Of a DNA stretch of 60,822 nucleotides, positions 24,723-36,950 are shown one piece after another. The DNA lies in NCBI GenBank assembly GCA_910592345.1, contig CAJVPI010000074.1:1-60822 (forward strand), written 5' to 3'. The position numbers and the translations under genes are program-made. The notes beneath the pieces are model-generated. The model searched no databases, was not told the DNA's origin, and was given only the letters and a program-made list of their open reading frames with translations. Positions within the stretch are counted from its first letter, which is position 1. Every line of letters begins with the position of its first letter. This DNA comes from Paraglomus brasilianum. Taxonomy: Eukaryota.

Positions 24723-27700
24723 TTATATTGTCGGTTCTTCTTGATCACAAAGTCTGTCAATTAACTGCCTCAAAGGTGGCCTCGAAGATAAAAATGTATG
24801 TTAATAAATGACATTGCACGAAAATTAATTATCACTCTCCTCTTGAAAGACCAACCTCGTTTCTGGCAACATTGGATATTGAAGCCGAGGAATCGGCCTA
24901 ATGGTTTCACCGCTGACAAGGCACTTCAGCACATAGAATGAGAAATAATGAGAACTCAGCCTCTTCCATAGAAGCATATATTGGAAAAAAATAGCAGCTA
25001 ATGGAATGGGCAGGTTTCTCATTATGAGGTAGCTGACCCTGGGTGGATCTGATACGCTAGGCCTCGATTTCTGTTCAGTGGGAGACGGAGGAACAGTTGC
25101 ATACCATTGTCCATCCACCAAGTCTGTTCGGTTCTTTCTTATACGAATAACATTGTCTCCTTTCTCGCCATCCATTCCTCGAATTTGCTGCAGATATTCC
25201 TTTGATGAAGAAGGAACAGGTTCGACAATTCTGGATGCGCGGTTGTTCTCATATTTCCGAATTGTGTTACTCCATGGCAAGAAATACTTCAATACACGAA
25301 ATACTCTTGCTAATGATGTTTTATATGTGGTGAAATAGTAGGAATCGCACGTTTCGAACCGTAATCCTCCTTTGTTATGAATAACGTAAGTATTTTAGGT
25401 TTGAGTTTTTAAACGAAACTAAACACTATTTTGAGCTTACCAGGTAAGCGATCTGGATCCTTGAAGCGAAGCATAATGGCAAATAACGGGAAGTGATTGA
25501 GGAAAGCCAGGAGTGCCTCCATCACCGCTTGCAAGAAAATTATCCCTACCCTACTCTGTACACGACATCTATCGTTAATACGTTAGAAGCATCTGTGCAA
25601 CCAAACGTTTCCGAAACTCACCGTAGCAAAAGTAGCATAATAAACAAGTACAGTTGGGAATAGAAAAGTCAGGAGAGTAAAGAGAATTGTTCCAAGTAAC
25701 AGTTGATCAAGATCATAATCGCATGCGTCGATCCTGTTTCGAAGTGTGTTCCTCTTTTTGCCTACGTGTTGGCCATGATCAGAAAGTTATCATACACCAC
25801 TTTTACAAAACTGTTATTCCCTACCTTGAAATAGATTAAATAATGAATAAAGTATTGTAAGCTGCCAGTTATATATTCTCGCTGCTACTACGTAAAACCA
25901 ATAAATATGAATTGTCATAAATGTCAGGAAGTCAGAAAGCATCGACACAACCATCGATGCTCCCAACATTCCCGATAACCCGATTACTTCTATTATCAAT
26001 GGAGTATATGGTTCGATATTTACAACACATCCTAAATTGTTGAATAGATAAAAACGTTGCGGCGATATAAAATAATTAATGAGAATCGATATAGAGATAA
26101 TGAAATGTGACAAACCGGTCCATAACTGTATAAGCCATCGAAATAGCTCGCCCAAAAATTTATCAAGCTCACTATTCAATTTCAGACCAGCCGGCCAACC
26201 CATTAACCATCTTATCATTTCTTCCAATTTGAATATAGTATAATACTAAGCGATAATAACAATAAAGAAATGGCTTAAATAATACCCATAATGTCAATAT
26301 GCTTTGTTAACAGCAAACTCGATGCAAAAATGCCGCCTTAGCCATTTCGTCAGAATTTGCGTCGACCTCATACTTACACCCAAATAGTCATTTACTATTA
26401 ATTTCGCCATATATTCGCTATTATTTCTTAGGTAAGATCCTATCGCAACCCCGATTATTATATCGTTTGCAACTAGCCACATGCTATTGTAGAAGCTGTG
26501 CAAGTGATGTATTAGCAACATGGTGTAAACGAGTCGCTGGAAGAGATTAGAATAGTAAAATAAACCTAACCTGATATACTGAGCCCGCGTAGTCGCGATG
26601 TTCGCGAGATCTCGTCTCCTTACTAAAGTATACTGCCATGGCCAGAAACACGCTTGTTGCAATCGTAAATCTAATTGCTGAGCTAATATATTGAATACAA
26701 TGTCAGCCACGTGAGCATCACTTATAACTATTAACGCAAACATTGTCCACCTGTTGCTGATAAATCTTTCAAGGCAATACTGTTTCCCAGCCAATGAGCA
26801 AAACGTAAATTCAATAACCACAGAACGACTTCTGCAAATACTCTTACGACGATGATTATACCAATAAGAGGATATGCGAGTGTGAATCGAAGTAACGAAG
26901 TAATACAACGGACAGGATAAAATAAGCATTTCGTAAGAAATATGCCTAGTTTTACGGCTGACCGCTTTATAACTTCCAATAAATTTGTGCGATTATTGCG
27001 ATGACTTGGAAAGACTTGGCAGTGACCACGAATTGTTCTTTCTATTATATATGACGAGTTTATCTATTATATACGATTATTGGGTCAGTACGGACTAATG
27101 AGTAACATAAATACAGGAATGTCCATAATGAGGTTATATCAACGTGCTACTTTTTCACTACCTGATTCAAAATTAAATCCATGTCATTCATCCGCGCTCT
27201 TTGCTTTCCTGTTGAACTAATTCTTGTAGTCAAAACTTTTTTCAAATTCTTCACAGTAATTGATTCACAGTCAATTTTCGGTGTTGGGTCTTTAGATATG
27301 TCCAACACCAAGGATTCAAGCGAAAGATACTGTAATCGAATAGGATTCGGCCGTTTGTAAAATATTATCTCCGAGCTGACATCTGCATAGCAATAGCCGC
27401 AGCAATATATAGATCTTTATAGGATAGGCCTTTCAGGAATTTCTTTTCAACAGTAAAGTCAGAATTAGAGCAAAAGAAGAGAAGACAAACCTCAAAGTTG
27501 GAATCTTATTACTTCGCAGATGTGTGGTCATCCATAATTCTGCTGTCGGCTTTCTTGCTCTGACAGCTTGGATATTTATATTGGCGGGCAAGAAACATGC
27601 CAATTACATAAGTGCACATTCAACAAAAAATACTTAATATAGCAATGGCCAACCAGGGCTATTAATACAGTTTATAAAGTAAAATCTATTCTAATGTTGT

Positions 27701-28125
27701 CTAGACACGCATTCACCAACAAACACTTCATACTTGACTCACCTTCCGAATTAAGAATGCTCTCAGAGTCAGCTTGATTCTCGATGCCATCCACGGTCAA
27801 CACACCAAGAACAGTAGGAGGAGCTCCCCACACATCATCCATGGAAGCAAACAACGGGTAACGTTTGCTTTTCAGTGCTGAAATCGCCGCATCTAGATCT
27901 TCAAGCTTACGGTTAAAATAATTAAGATATGAGGATTAAATCGCGTGAATAAACCCACGCGAACGTCAAAACACGCAAATTAAGTACCTTTACGTTTGAA
28001 ATCACACCAGCTACGCAAATAGTAAAGCTTCTAACATTCCAGCCTACAAGAAAACCAGGATATGTTCGCGATGAACAAACTTGGATAGGCCAGAAAATCT
28101 TTGACACTGCGCTAGATGGTTTCAT
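24723..28125 (-). CDS. GPI1: GPI-GlcNAc transferase subunit Gpi1/PIG-Q, multi-exon
   Basis: Signature motifs [52 protein letters not shown] and [19 protein letters not shown]-terminal [10 protein letters not shown]. The last exon splices to give ..[20 protein letters not shown] with the stop at 24723-24725. Confidence 0.93.
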
Positions 28126-28234
28126 TGTTTTTATTTATTGACGACGATTATGTCAATTCTCTGCATTCAAGTAAATCAGCCGTTACAGATGACGTACGAT
28201 TCATTTCGTCAATTACAACAGCGATACTGACCAT

Positions 28235-28710
28235 TTAGAAACTGCCTCGTCTCTTCAAGTGTTCTCTTGCTGAAGTCCTATACGGATATCCGTTCGTCTA
28301 AATTGTTTGATGCATACTGATGTTAAATTTATCCATAGTCACTCAAAAGATCGGGCAATTACACTAACCGATTTCGATTCGTATTCGACTATGCGATAAA
28401 GAGGTATGAGAATCGCCAGGAAAAGAAGACTTAGAATCAAAAGCACAGCTAGCAGATACTGCTACATGAAAACACGAACGAGAGGCCAATTAGCTCTGCT
28501 GCGCGCAAACAAGGATCTTGCAGGATCGGTTACAGAATACTTAGTTGATCTTGAGCATTCTGGCTTCACAGATAAGAGCCGAGTACAAACCTTATGAGTC
28601 GTTGAGGATATGTTGCTAAAACTTTCGTAAAATCTATTGACGAGATCGAGGTTACGGGCAATATAGCCGACTCCAAACGAAAGAAAGGCACCAAGAAGAA
28701 ACACGTACAT
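28235..28710 (-). CDS. Unannotated 91-aa two-transmembrane protein, 3 coding exons (28710-28591, 28461-28369, 28297-28235)
   Basis: Phase-0 canonical introns (GTTTGT..GCTAAT..TAG and GTTAGT..TAG) join to give MYVFLLGAFLSFGVGYIARNLDLVNRFYESFSNISSTTHK-QYLLAVLLILSLLFLAILIPLYRIVEYESKS-TNGYPYRTSAREHLKRRGSF*. Exon lengths of 120, 93 and 63 nt are all multiples of 3. Confidence 0.75.
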
Positions 28711-28868
28711 AAGGCTTCTAAAGCCAAATTTTCGTTTGTACACGCAAAAATGTCGACCCGCCAAAAATCAAATGACTGTCACAACCCTGACCGTCTGTTA
28801 GTTTACGTTTAGGAGAGTGAAACTAACAGGTCGAACTATAATATGTTAATCCTTCAAAAGGAGACACC
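28711..28868. promoter_or_regulatory. Putative bidirectional promoter between the small TM gene/GPI1 and SEC3
   Basis: Only 158 bp separate the divergent ATGs at 28710 (-) and 28869 (+). No specific motif was identified. Confidence 0.5.
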
Positions 28869-31800
28869 ATGGCCGACGGCAGGCAGGAACAGATTAGACA
28901 TTTAATAGTTAATTCGCTATTTCGTAAGCAGGTCGAAGATCCTAAAAACCCAGGTATGATGCAAATTGCAGATGTGACTGGTGGTTAACAGTATTGGCAC
29001 TGACAATCCGATCTGATAGGGTATGCAATTCTATACGAGAACCTGCTGGCACATGCAAAAGTGTATGAGGATGCATCAAGTCACGCACAACAGGGTAAAT
29101 CACGTCTTCGGCCTAGCAAGGCTGAGACAAAATGTCGGTATTTACTGGTAGCAGGTTTGTAGCTTCCACAGTTGGTGGTTTATATTTATTAAGTAGTTAT
29201 AAGCTTATTGTTGTCTATTTTCGAACAGAAAGATATGATGGAGCATTCCATCTCTACAAGTCAAGAAAGTTCGAAAATAAGTTTTCTATTGGACAATCAT
29301 GGCCTTTAGAGCAGCTCCGTGCTATTGAAGGAATAAACGTAAGTTTGAATTGGTTTTCACAGGTTTGATCAATATGTATGGATTTGATTTACGTTTAGAA
29401 ACTTTACTCTTATATGCACAGCCAACGACATTCGTTGTGACTTTGAATAAAGCTTACTGCTGGTCAACGGATACCCCATATGATAAACAAGCATTCTTAT
29501 ATAATTTGGTACAGGTACGTGATCAAATGATAATGTAATGCCAACAATCGATGATGTCGACAAACGGTCTGGTACAATTTTACTAGGTCTACAGAAAGTT
29601 CACTAATCAACTGCCAAGACTTGCCAGCTGCGAAGACTTTTGGATAGGTATAAAACTTGCTCTGCCTATGATTTACTGCTCTAGTACCATTCTCTGTTTT
29701 TCGGTAGAAAGCTGACTAATTACTCATAACAATGCAATTACAGAGGAACAAACTCAATCGGATGAATTTGCAATGGCCTTATCTTTACAGGAGAAGCTCG
29801 CAAATGCGAATTCAACTACTAGTTTTCGTAGTTTCGATTCGGGTCTCCGTAACCTTGCCAAGAATGATAGATCGACGCCCTCTTTGTTAGCTGGAGCCAA
29901 CGCCAGCGAGTCGAATAGCATTATGAATTATGCAATAGATGAAGGTACATTACCCTGACAAAACTTATCGTCAATTCCAGTTAGTAGACTAATTTTTTGA
30001 ATTATGCCACCGGATTCTTTAATTTAACCTGCTAGATGTTAAACAGGAAGAAATATCTTTGGCGAACGTTGAGGAGCTTTTAAACGATTTTGATTGGAAG
30101 GAAGCTGGCAATGCTGCTGCATTGGAAGAGAGACTACTGGATGAGCTTGCAGCCCTGGAATCTGTGAGTCTAAATCAGTTGCGAGGAGAGTCACAAGCTA
30201 AATCAAAGAACGTATTTTCTAATGCCTCGTATCTAAACTTTTTGTTCGTACAGGCAAATATACATGCTATGGTAGAATCAGATGATAGGCTTAATTCCGT
30301 AATCAGACAGTTGGATAAAGCCATCAGTGAATTGGATAATATGGATAGTATGCTCACCTTGTATACAACTGAACTTAATGTGAGTCGCCTTTTTCATATG
30401 AATTGCGTGATCGTTAACTTAAAATTCTCACGGACCCGAACCTTTCATTCTAGAGCATGGGTGATGAAATCCATCATATTGAATCTCAAAACCGAGGTTT
30501 ACAAGTTGAGACAGCTAACCAGAAAGCTTTGCTAACGGACTTGGATCGATTAATTGTAATGTATCTATCTTGTATAGGGACTAATTTGGGGTGAATCATG
30601 AAAAATGCATTTTTCTTCTAACTCAAACAAACGAATGCATTCTGCACAACTCTGTAGAACTTAATTACTATATCAGACCAAGTACTACAAACATTGCTTG
30701 GTGAATCATTAAACACCGTACAAGGTGTACAAAAAATTGAAGCAGCTGCAGATATCTTGCAAAAGGCTTTATTAACATCTTATGACGAATGTAAGTTAAT
30801 CTCGCGTTTCGTATAAGCTATAGCTGATTGGTACTGAATGTCTCAAATTTTAACTTAAATTGGACCTGAAACTAACTTGCTTTTGGTAATCCAGCAACGC
30901 GTGGAATGGCAGCAGTCAAGGAAAAGATGGGATTATACACGAAATACAGCAACCAATTTTGTGTAAATTTCTGTGAATTCACGAAACAGGCAATTAAGTA
31001 TCAAGTAAGAGTACTAATTCGACATGGAACCACAAGCTCTTTTTATATTTTGCATTAAATGAAATAGGTTTCAATGATAATTTGTCTTAGGCAGATGTTC
31101 TGATGAACGATAAAACAAGAGAGCCTCGTCGGGATAGCATGACTATATTAGGGCACGAGAGTATAGAAGAAGTCTTGTCTAGGTACATGAGTTTATCACT
31201 CTGGCTTAAAGAAATAGACCCAAGGAAACATAACGAGTTACAGTTGGTATGTGTCAGCATGCCCGCTTTCTCGATAAGAATTGTATTTTAAGACTTCAGT
31301 TCTAACCGTCTTGCTTCCTATGTAAAGGCGTACGTTGTTTCGGTGGAACCAATCTATCGAAAAGAATCAAAGGAATACTTGATGCAGATACGCTCACTGT
31401 TATCAAAGAGAGAAATATCAGAGGAAGCAACTTATGGTTAATAATTTTGATTATGTCGAGATAAACAGTTATATCTCTAATATATCAAGCAGCTAAATTT
31501 TTTTGGTAACAAAGCCTTTAGCGCTGCTCTGATACAAGGACATCACAGAAGTAGTCTCATTTATGGTTCGGCTGATCATGGCCGCGCGCCATGGGAATTC
31601 AAGGACTCTGGTAGGGGAAAACTCCCCCCTGAAGAAGTTAGTATCCAATAATCATTTCTCATTATCAGTGATTTAATTGTATGATCATTCTTTGACGTAT
31701 TTAACTCTATGGGCGTAGGCATTTGAACAAATACTGCTGACTCTTATCCCTCTCATAATTCGTGAGCAAAACTTTATATCTGACTTTTTCCATATTGGAT

Positions 31801-33432
31801 CAAAAGGTCCAAAATCATTCCAAGATCGCGCAGAACTTGCTAGTTGGCATCCAAAAGAGCTAAATACAACTCGTGAAGTCATCAAAGATGTAAAAGCTCA
31901 GAGAAAACTACTGTATGCAAAGATTTACCCTTCAAATTTGAACTTGCTAGTATCTGTTAAATAATTAAAATACGTATTTGATGCAGAGAGCATATGGAGA
32001 AGATTTTTGGATTTCTAGCGGAAGAGTTAAGCAGCTTTATTGAATATGGCTGTAAACATGACAATATGTGAGTATGAGAAACTCTTGCAACACATGGAGA
32101 CACGGCTTCATTCCCCTAATCAATTGTGGTTCTAGTCAATGTGTAGGAATGATTGCACGTATTGAGAAATACATACAGGAATACGAAAAGACAAGTCAAG
32201 AGTTTTTTGTGAAAGTAATGAAACAAGTGAGAGCCCAGTGTATTAACATCTTCCAACGATTTATGGTATTGTAACCATTTTTCTACTATACTGTTTATGT
32301 TCTTGAGTTGAATAATTAATGCTTCTACTGTTCCGTGGTCAAGGTCGAACAATTAAAAGCAATAGAAGATACAAAAGTTACTACAAAGAAACGGAAAGGC
32401 ATTGTTCTGTTTATCAGAATATTCCCAGTAAGTAATGACGATTACATCACATAAAACATACAAATTTTTTTGTGTATAATCATAACGACTTTCTACCGAT
32501 CGACAGAGATTCTGTGAACGTATTGAGCACTCTATAGCAGATGTGGCAAGCCTTGAAATACGCGACATAGTAAACAGGGCATACGAGACTCTCGTGAAGA
32601 CAATGTTTGACAACCTTGAGGCTATTGCAAGAGACGTATCGTCTATTAATGATGACAAGGAACAGTTGAACGTTCACATAATGATACTTGGTATGATCAC
32701 GTTGCTTATTAACTTTCTTTTTCAGTATAACAATGTTTATTTGTTGCTTACTTTGCTCAATGGTGTAGAGAATATGCACCATTTCCACAATGAGATACGA
32801 ATGCGTAAAATTCATGTTCTTGATCCATACACGGTGTATGCAAAGAGTTCATACGAGAAGCATCTTGAGGCATATGCAACAAAAGTGCTCCAAAAGCCAT
32901 TCAGCAAGCTAATAGTAAGCCGCAAACTCTCATATGCACTATTTCAATATTTTACAGACACACGATATTTGATGTTTACAATCGCTGCTGCATTGCGTAT
33001 ACACTTTACAGGAATTCTTCGGTGGTATTGATAACCTCCTGAAAACATCAGCACCCGAAGAAGTCGGATTCCATATGAGATACAGTAAAGAATCATTAAA
33101 GAAAATTACGGAACATTACACTGCAAGAGAGGTAATCTACATCATTTAGATTGCGTTTTTGTCATTTAAATACTCATGGTCCATCAATTGCGTTGCTATA
33201 GATCAAGAAAGGTCTTGAACAGCTTTACAAACGTGTCGAAAAGCATTTCACAGAGGAAGAGGGGCTTTTGCGAGTAGTGTGGGGGATTATTGGTCAAGTG
33301 GTAATCGATAACCATAAACACTTTATAGATTTAATTAATAGATGTTATCCGGATTCCAATATTAAATTGGAATATTCGTTGAGCGATTTACAGAACTTTA
33401 TCAAAGTGGTACATGAAGGCAGAAAATCATAA
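28869..33432 (+). CDS. SEC3: Exocyst complex subunit Sec3 (EXOC1), intron-rich
   Basis: N-terminal PIP2-binding PH-like region (FSIGQSWPLEQLRAIE). Motifs NAAALEERLLDELAALE, IESQNRGLQVETANQKALL, AIEDTKVTTKKRKGI, ENMHHF and LYKRVEKHF..LLRVVW. Ends VHEGRKS* at 33432. Confidence 0.93.
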
Positions 33433-34042
33433 AACAGTGTACTATTACTAGACTCATGTAAGGGGTTAATATAACATCATAGTTCCCAATTGATGAACGT
33501 TCTAAGCCACTGAGACGCAGTCGAGAACGTTGTCGAATAGTTCGATTTTAGGTATAAATTAATATTCGTGGAATTTTGACTATTTAAAGACAAAAAAATA
33601 AAAATGAAGTGTATGTCTATTAATTGCAAATGTCATTTTTTCCATGTATTAAAAAGTTTTGGAGCTTATATATATTCTTCCGATCCAATATGACATCCTT
33701 CCGCTTTTTCTGTAAAAGATATATGTGTGAAAAATTAAGACGAAAGATAGGCATGAATAACTGTCCAAATTGAAGACGGCTAGAGTTTGTGTCATGATTT
33801 ATAAGTTGGGCCAACATACTAATTTTAGAGCCACAATCACTTTATATTCATATGAAATAATATATTTCACATAGATGTACTTATCACCATCTAACATGCT
33901 CTCTACATTCAGTATACTTAAATTAGACACTATTCCTTTTGATGCTGTCATGAAGAAAGAGGAACTCTCTTGCCTATCTTCATCATAGAACTGGCGAGTG
34001 CACTATACGATAGACGATTGAGTTTTCTATTCGAGTCATTAG

Positions 34043-35809
34043 TTATAATCTCGGACTCCGTCTACGTTCAGCCTGCATTTTCAATTGGCGTACTCTCTCA
34101 AAGACCTCATCATCAATAAAGATATCAGGCAGAAGGTCCGTTGTTCCTGGGACACTGGAATAATGATCAAACTCTGTTTGACCATTTTCTCTAAGGACAA
34201 GCTCGTCTATATCAAATTTACCCCTAATAATAATTTTTTGCAAATATTCCATTAATATCATCTTATACCACGAGACGCTCTCATGCAAATAACTTACGTG
34301 TACGTTTGAGCATCTTGGATAAACACTACGTGTGCAGCATCTGCCATGATCTCCGGTTTGCGTGCCTTGGACGCAATTGATTTATCTTTGAGAAGAATAA
34401 ATAATCAGTAAAAACCTAATTTACGTTTTAACTCGAATTTATCTATATTTGAGAAGCTAATCTATATTTACCAAGTATGTTCAATGCAGCAGTGTCGATT
34501 GCCGTGAGAGGCCATAACGCTAGTTGCAATCAGAAAATCGTTAAAATATACAATAACAACCAACTAATCAAATAGGGTATATTTATGGATTCTCTGTAAT
34601 TACCATTTGCAGCAATTCCATACTGCTTGAGTTCTCCTGACCATCCAAGAATGGACATAGACATGCCGAATTTGGACATAGTATAGGCAACATGAGGCGA
34701 AAACCTATTACGAGATAACCAATGATTGAGTCAAACGGAACCCGAAACCCACCCGTCACGCAAAGTCCACCTTGTTATTTTGTCCAATTGATACTTTACC
34801 ATTTTTGTTTCATTGATAATGGGGGACTGATTGCCATCACATGTGGATTTCTACTCTTCTGTGCACTTTCAATAAGATGAGGTATCGCATACTAGATACC
34901 ATAACGGAGAATGTCAATATGGACAAGAGAAATTTATACAATAAAACGGGTTACGAAACATAAGATAGCCTAGGTTAACAACCTTTGTAACTAGCCAAGT
35001 ACCACGAGCATTGATTTCATTCATCAGATTGTACCTCTTCAGTGGAGTACTTTCGGTATCGGTAAGAGAGATTGCTGACGCTATAGAAACACAAAAACGT
35101 TTAGTTCATGAGTACGAACACATGATGCACAATAATATATAGTCGCTTTTGATTCAATCAAACTCGATTACCATTATTAACTACAATATCAATCCCACCA
35201 AAAGTCTGCACTGTCTTGTTAATTGCTGCTTTCACGGCCTCTTCATCACGGATATCGCAGACAAGGGGAAGCGCTGCGAGAGAGCGAATAACAATATTTA
35301 TCAATTAAACGATCTAGTGAAAGACGAATTGAAAGTTTCTAGATGAAATAAGAATAATCGTTTAACAATGATGATAAAACCTTTTCCTCCAGCTTTTTCA
35401 ATCTCTTTGGCAGCAGTATAAATTGTTCCAGGAAGCTATGATAGATCAAGTAGAATTGACTCGAATTCATTATTTTCCAGTATCATCGTAAAAGTCTGGA
35501 CGCTAACCAACCATCTCGATAAGATGATACGTACCGTTGGGAGGGGTTCCACCGTCTTAGCGGCAACTGCTATTTTGGCACCGTCCTAACATAGTCCAAC
35601 AAGATTAACAACAAGCGCTTTAACAGCAAGGTTTGCGATGCATCATATATTACCTTAGCAGCACGCAAAGCAATAGCTAGTCCAATGCCCCTATACATAA
35701 TCCATACACATTAAAATCTTCTATTTTCTTACTAATGCTGGTTCTGACTATCAATTGTTGTTCACCTGGATGCTCCTGTAATGAATAATACTCTATCTTT
35801 GAGCGACAT
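34043..35809 (-). CDS. HSDL2-like short-chain dehydrogenase/reductase, multi-exon
   Basis: Spliced product reads MSLKDRVLFITGASRGIGLAIALRAAK, LPGTIYTAAKEIEKAGG, NNASAISLT, catalytic YxxxK (AYTMSKFGMS), NALWP and RKPEIMADAA. C-terminus is ..RRSPRL. Confidence 0.9.
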
Positions 35810-36237
35810 GGCTGTACTTTGCGTGAAATGTATATACTACACGGATTATCAAAAGAATTTATTTGAATTTTCACAATGTGTAACCATCAATTGAGGAGTG
35901 ACGTTTAGGCGCGTGTTAGTTAATATTCGAATGGTCGATCGTCGATTTTCAGGGTTATTACTATGCAGGGTTGATCGGTTTTTTGAACACGCGGAAGTAA
36001 ATTCTATGCTTAAACCCTTCGAACGTACATGAGAGACATTATGATATCGTTAGACAGCTACTTCAACGCAAAACACAACCAATTAGCTTGCCTTAATTAA
36101 CTCATTATAAAGAAATAATCGACAATTCCTTCTCTTTGGTTGCTTTTATGAATTCTACTTGTGTTGTATGATCAGTTTGTCCATTTGGCCCCAATTTCAA
36201 TCGTCTTATTGCATCAATCACAAAATCGGCGCGTTCC

Positions 36238-36950
36238 TAGATACTTGATATAGTCAGCTGCTTTGAATAAAATGGTTGATTCAGAATTGTTGACGTTCTT
36301 CAGCGTGGGTATAATATCCGTAAGTTTTGAAACCGGCACGAATTGTATTGCAACGCTTTTGTTCTGATGCAATATGGTTTGCGCACTTCTCTTCTTCTGT
36401 TAACAACTCTTTGTATAGTTTCTGTGAAGATTTCGCCGATATCAATTTTCCGTCTACTTTCATATCTATTGTGGTATCAAAATTGGAGGAATCATGCGGC
36501 TCTCGTTTCGGTTCTACTTCATGGGAAGATGAAGCTGAACTTGAAGGAGTGGGTTTATCGTCAGCTGCAGAAGAACGACGATCTCTCTTATATGAGTTAC
36601 CATAACGGTTATCACCGTCAATGGATAAATATCGTTGGAGATATAGCTTCTGGCTTGGGACTGGATGCTGACGAAGAATATTGTGAACTTCGCCACGATA
36701 ATGATTTGGTCTGAAATTCCATTGTTAGATAAGATTCCTGTTTGCTTCAAGTTGTTCTTGATACAGTTCCTTTGTCACCTGATTTGCGTTTAGCTGGAAT
36801 TGAAGGTATGGGATCACTCGAAGCTAACTGATTATTCTTCTGTTTTGGCGGCGATGATAGCACTAAATTCTGAGTACGCGGTGATAGACTTGTCGAGCTT
36901 GAAACTGTTGGTTGGTGTGATGACAATGAACTAGATGGTAAGAGGTCAGA
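36238..36950 (-). pseudogene. bHLH transcription factor pseudogene (Ino4/Mlx-like)
   Basis: KELLTEEEKCANHIASEQKRCNTIRAGFK, then a frameshift near 36325 into LTDIIPTLKNVNNSESTILFKAADYIKYL. The upstream Ser-rich region is broken by TGA (36747-36749) and another frameshift near 36630. Confidence 0.8.

Noticed and set aside
28161..28710. Small TM ORF as an N-terminal extension of GPI1, or as PIG-H/PIG-Y
   Set aside because: In-frame stops precede the GPI1 ATG in the splice combinations tested. The protein lacks the PIG-Y C-terminal F(R)HN-like end and the PIG-H ESLLV..LGIQ domain.
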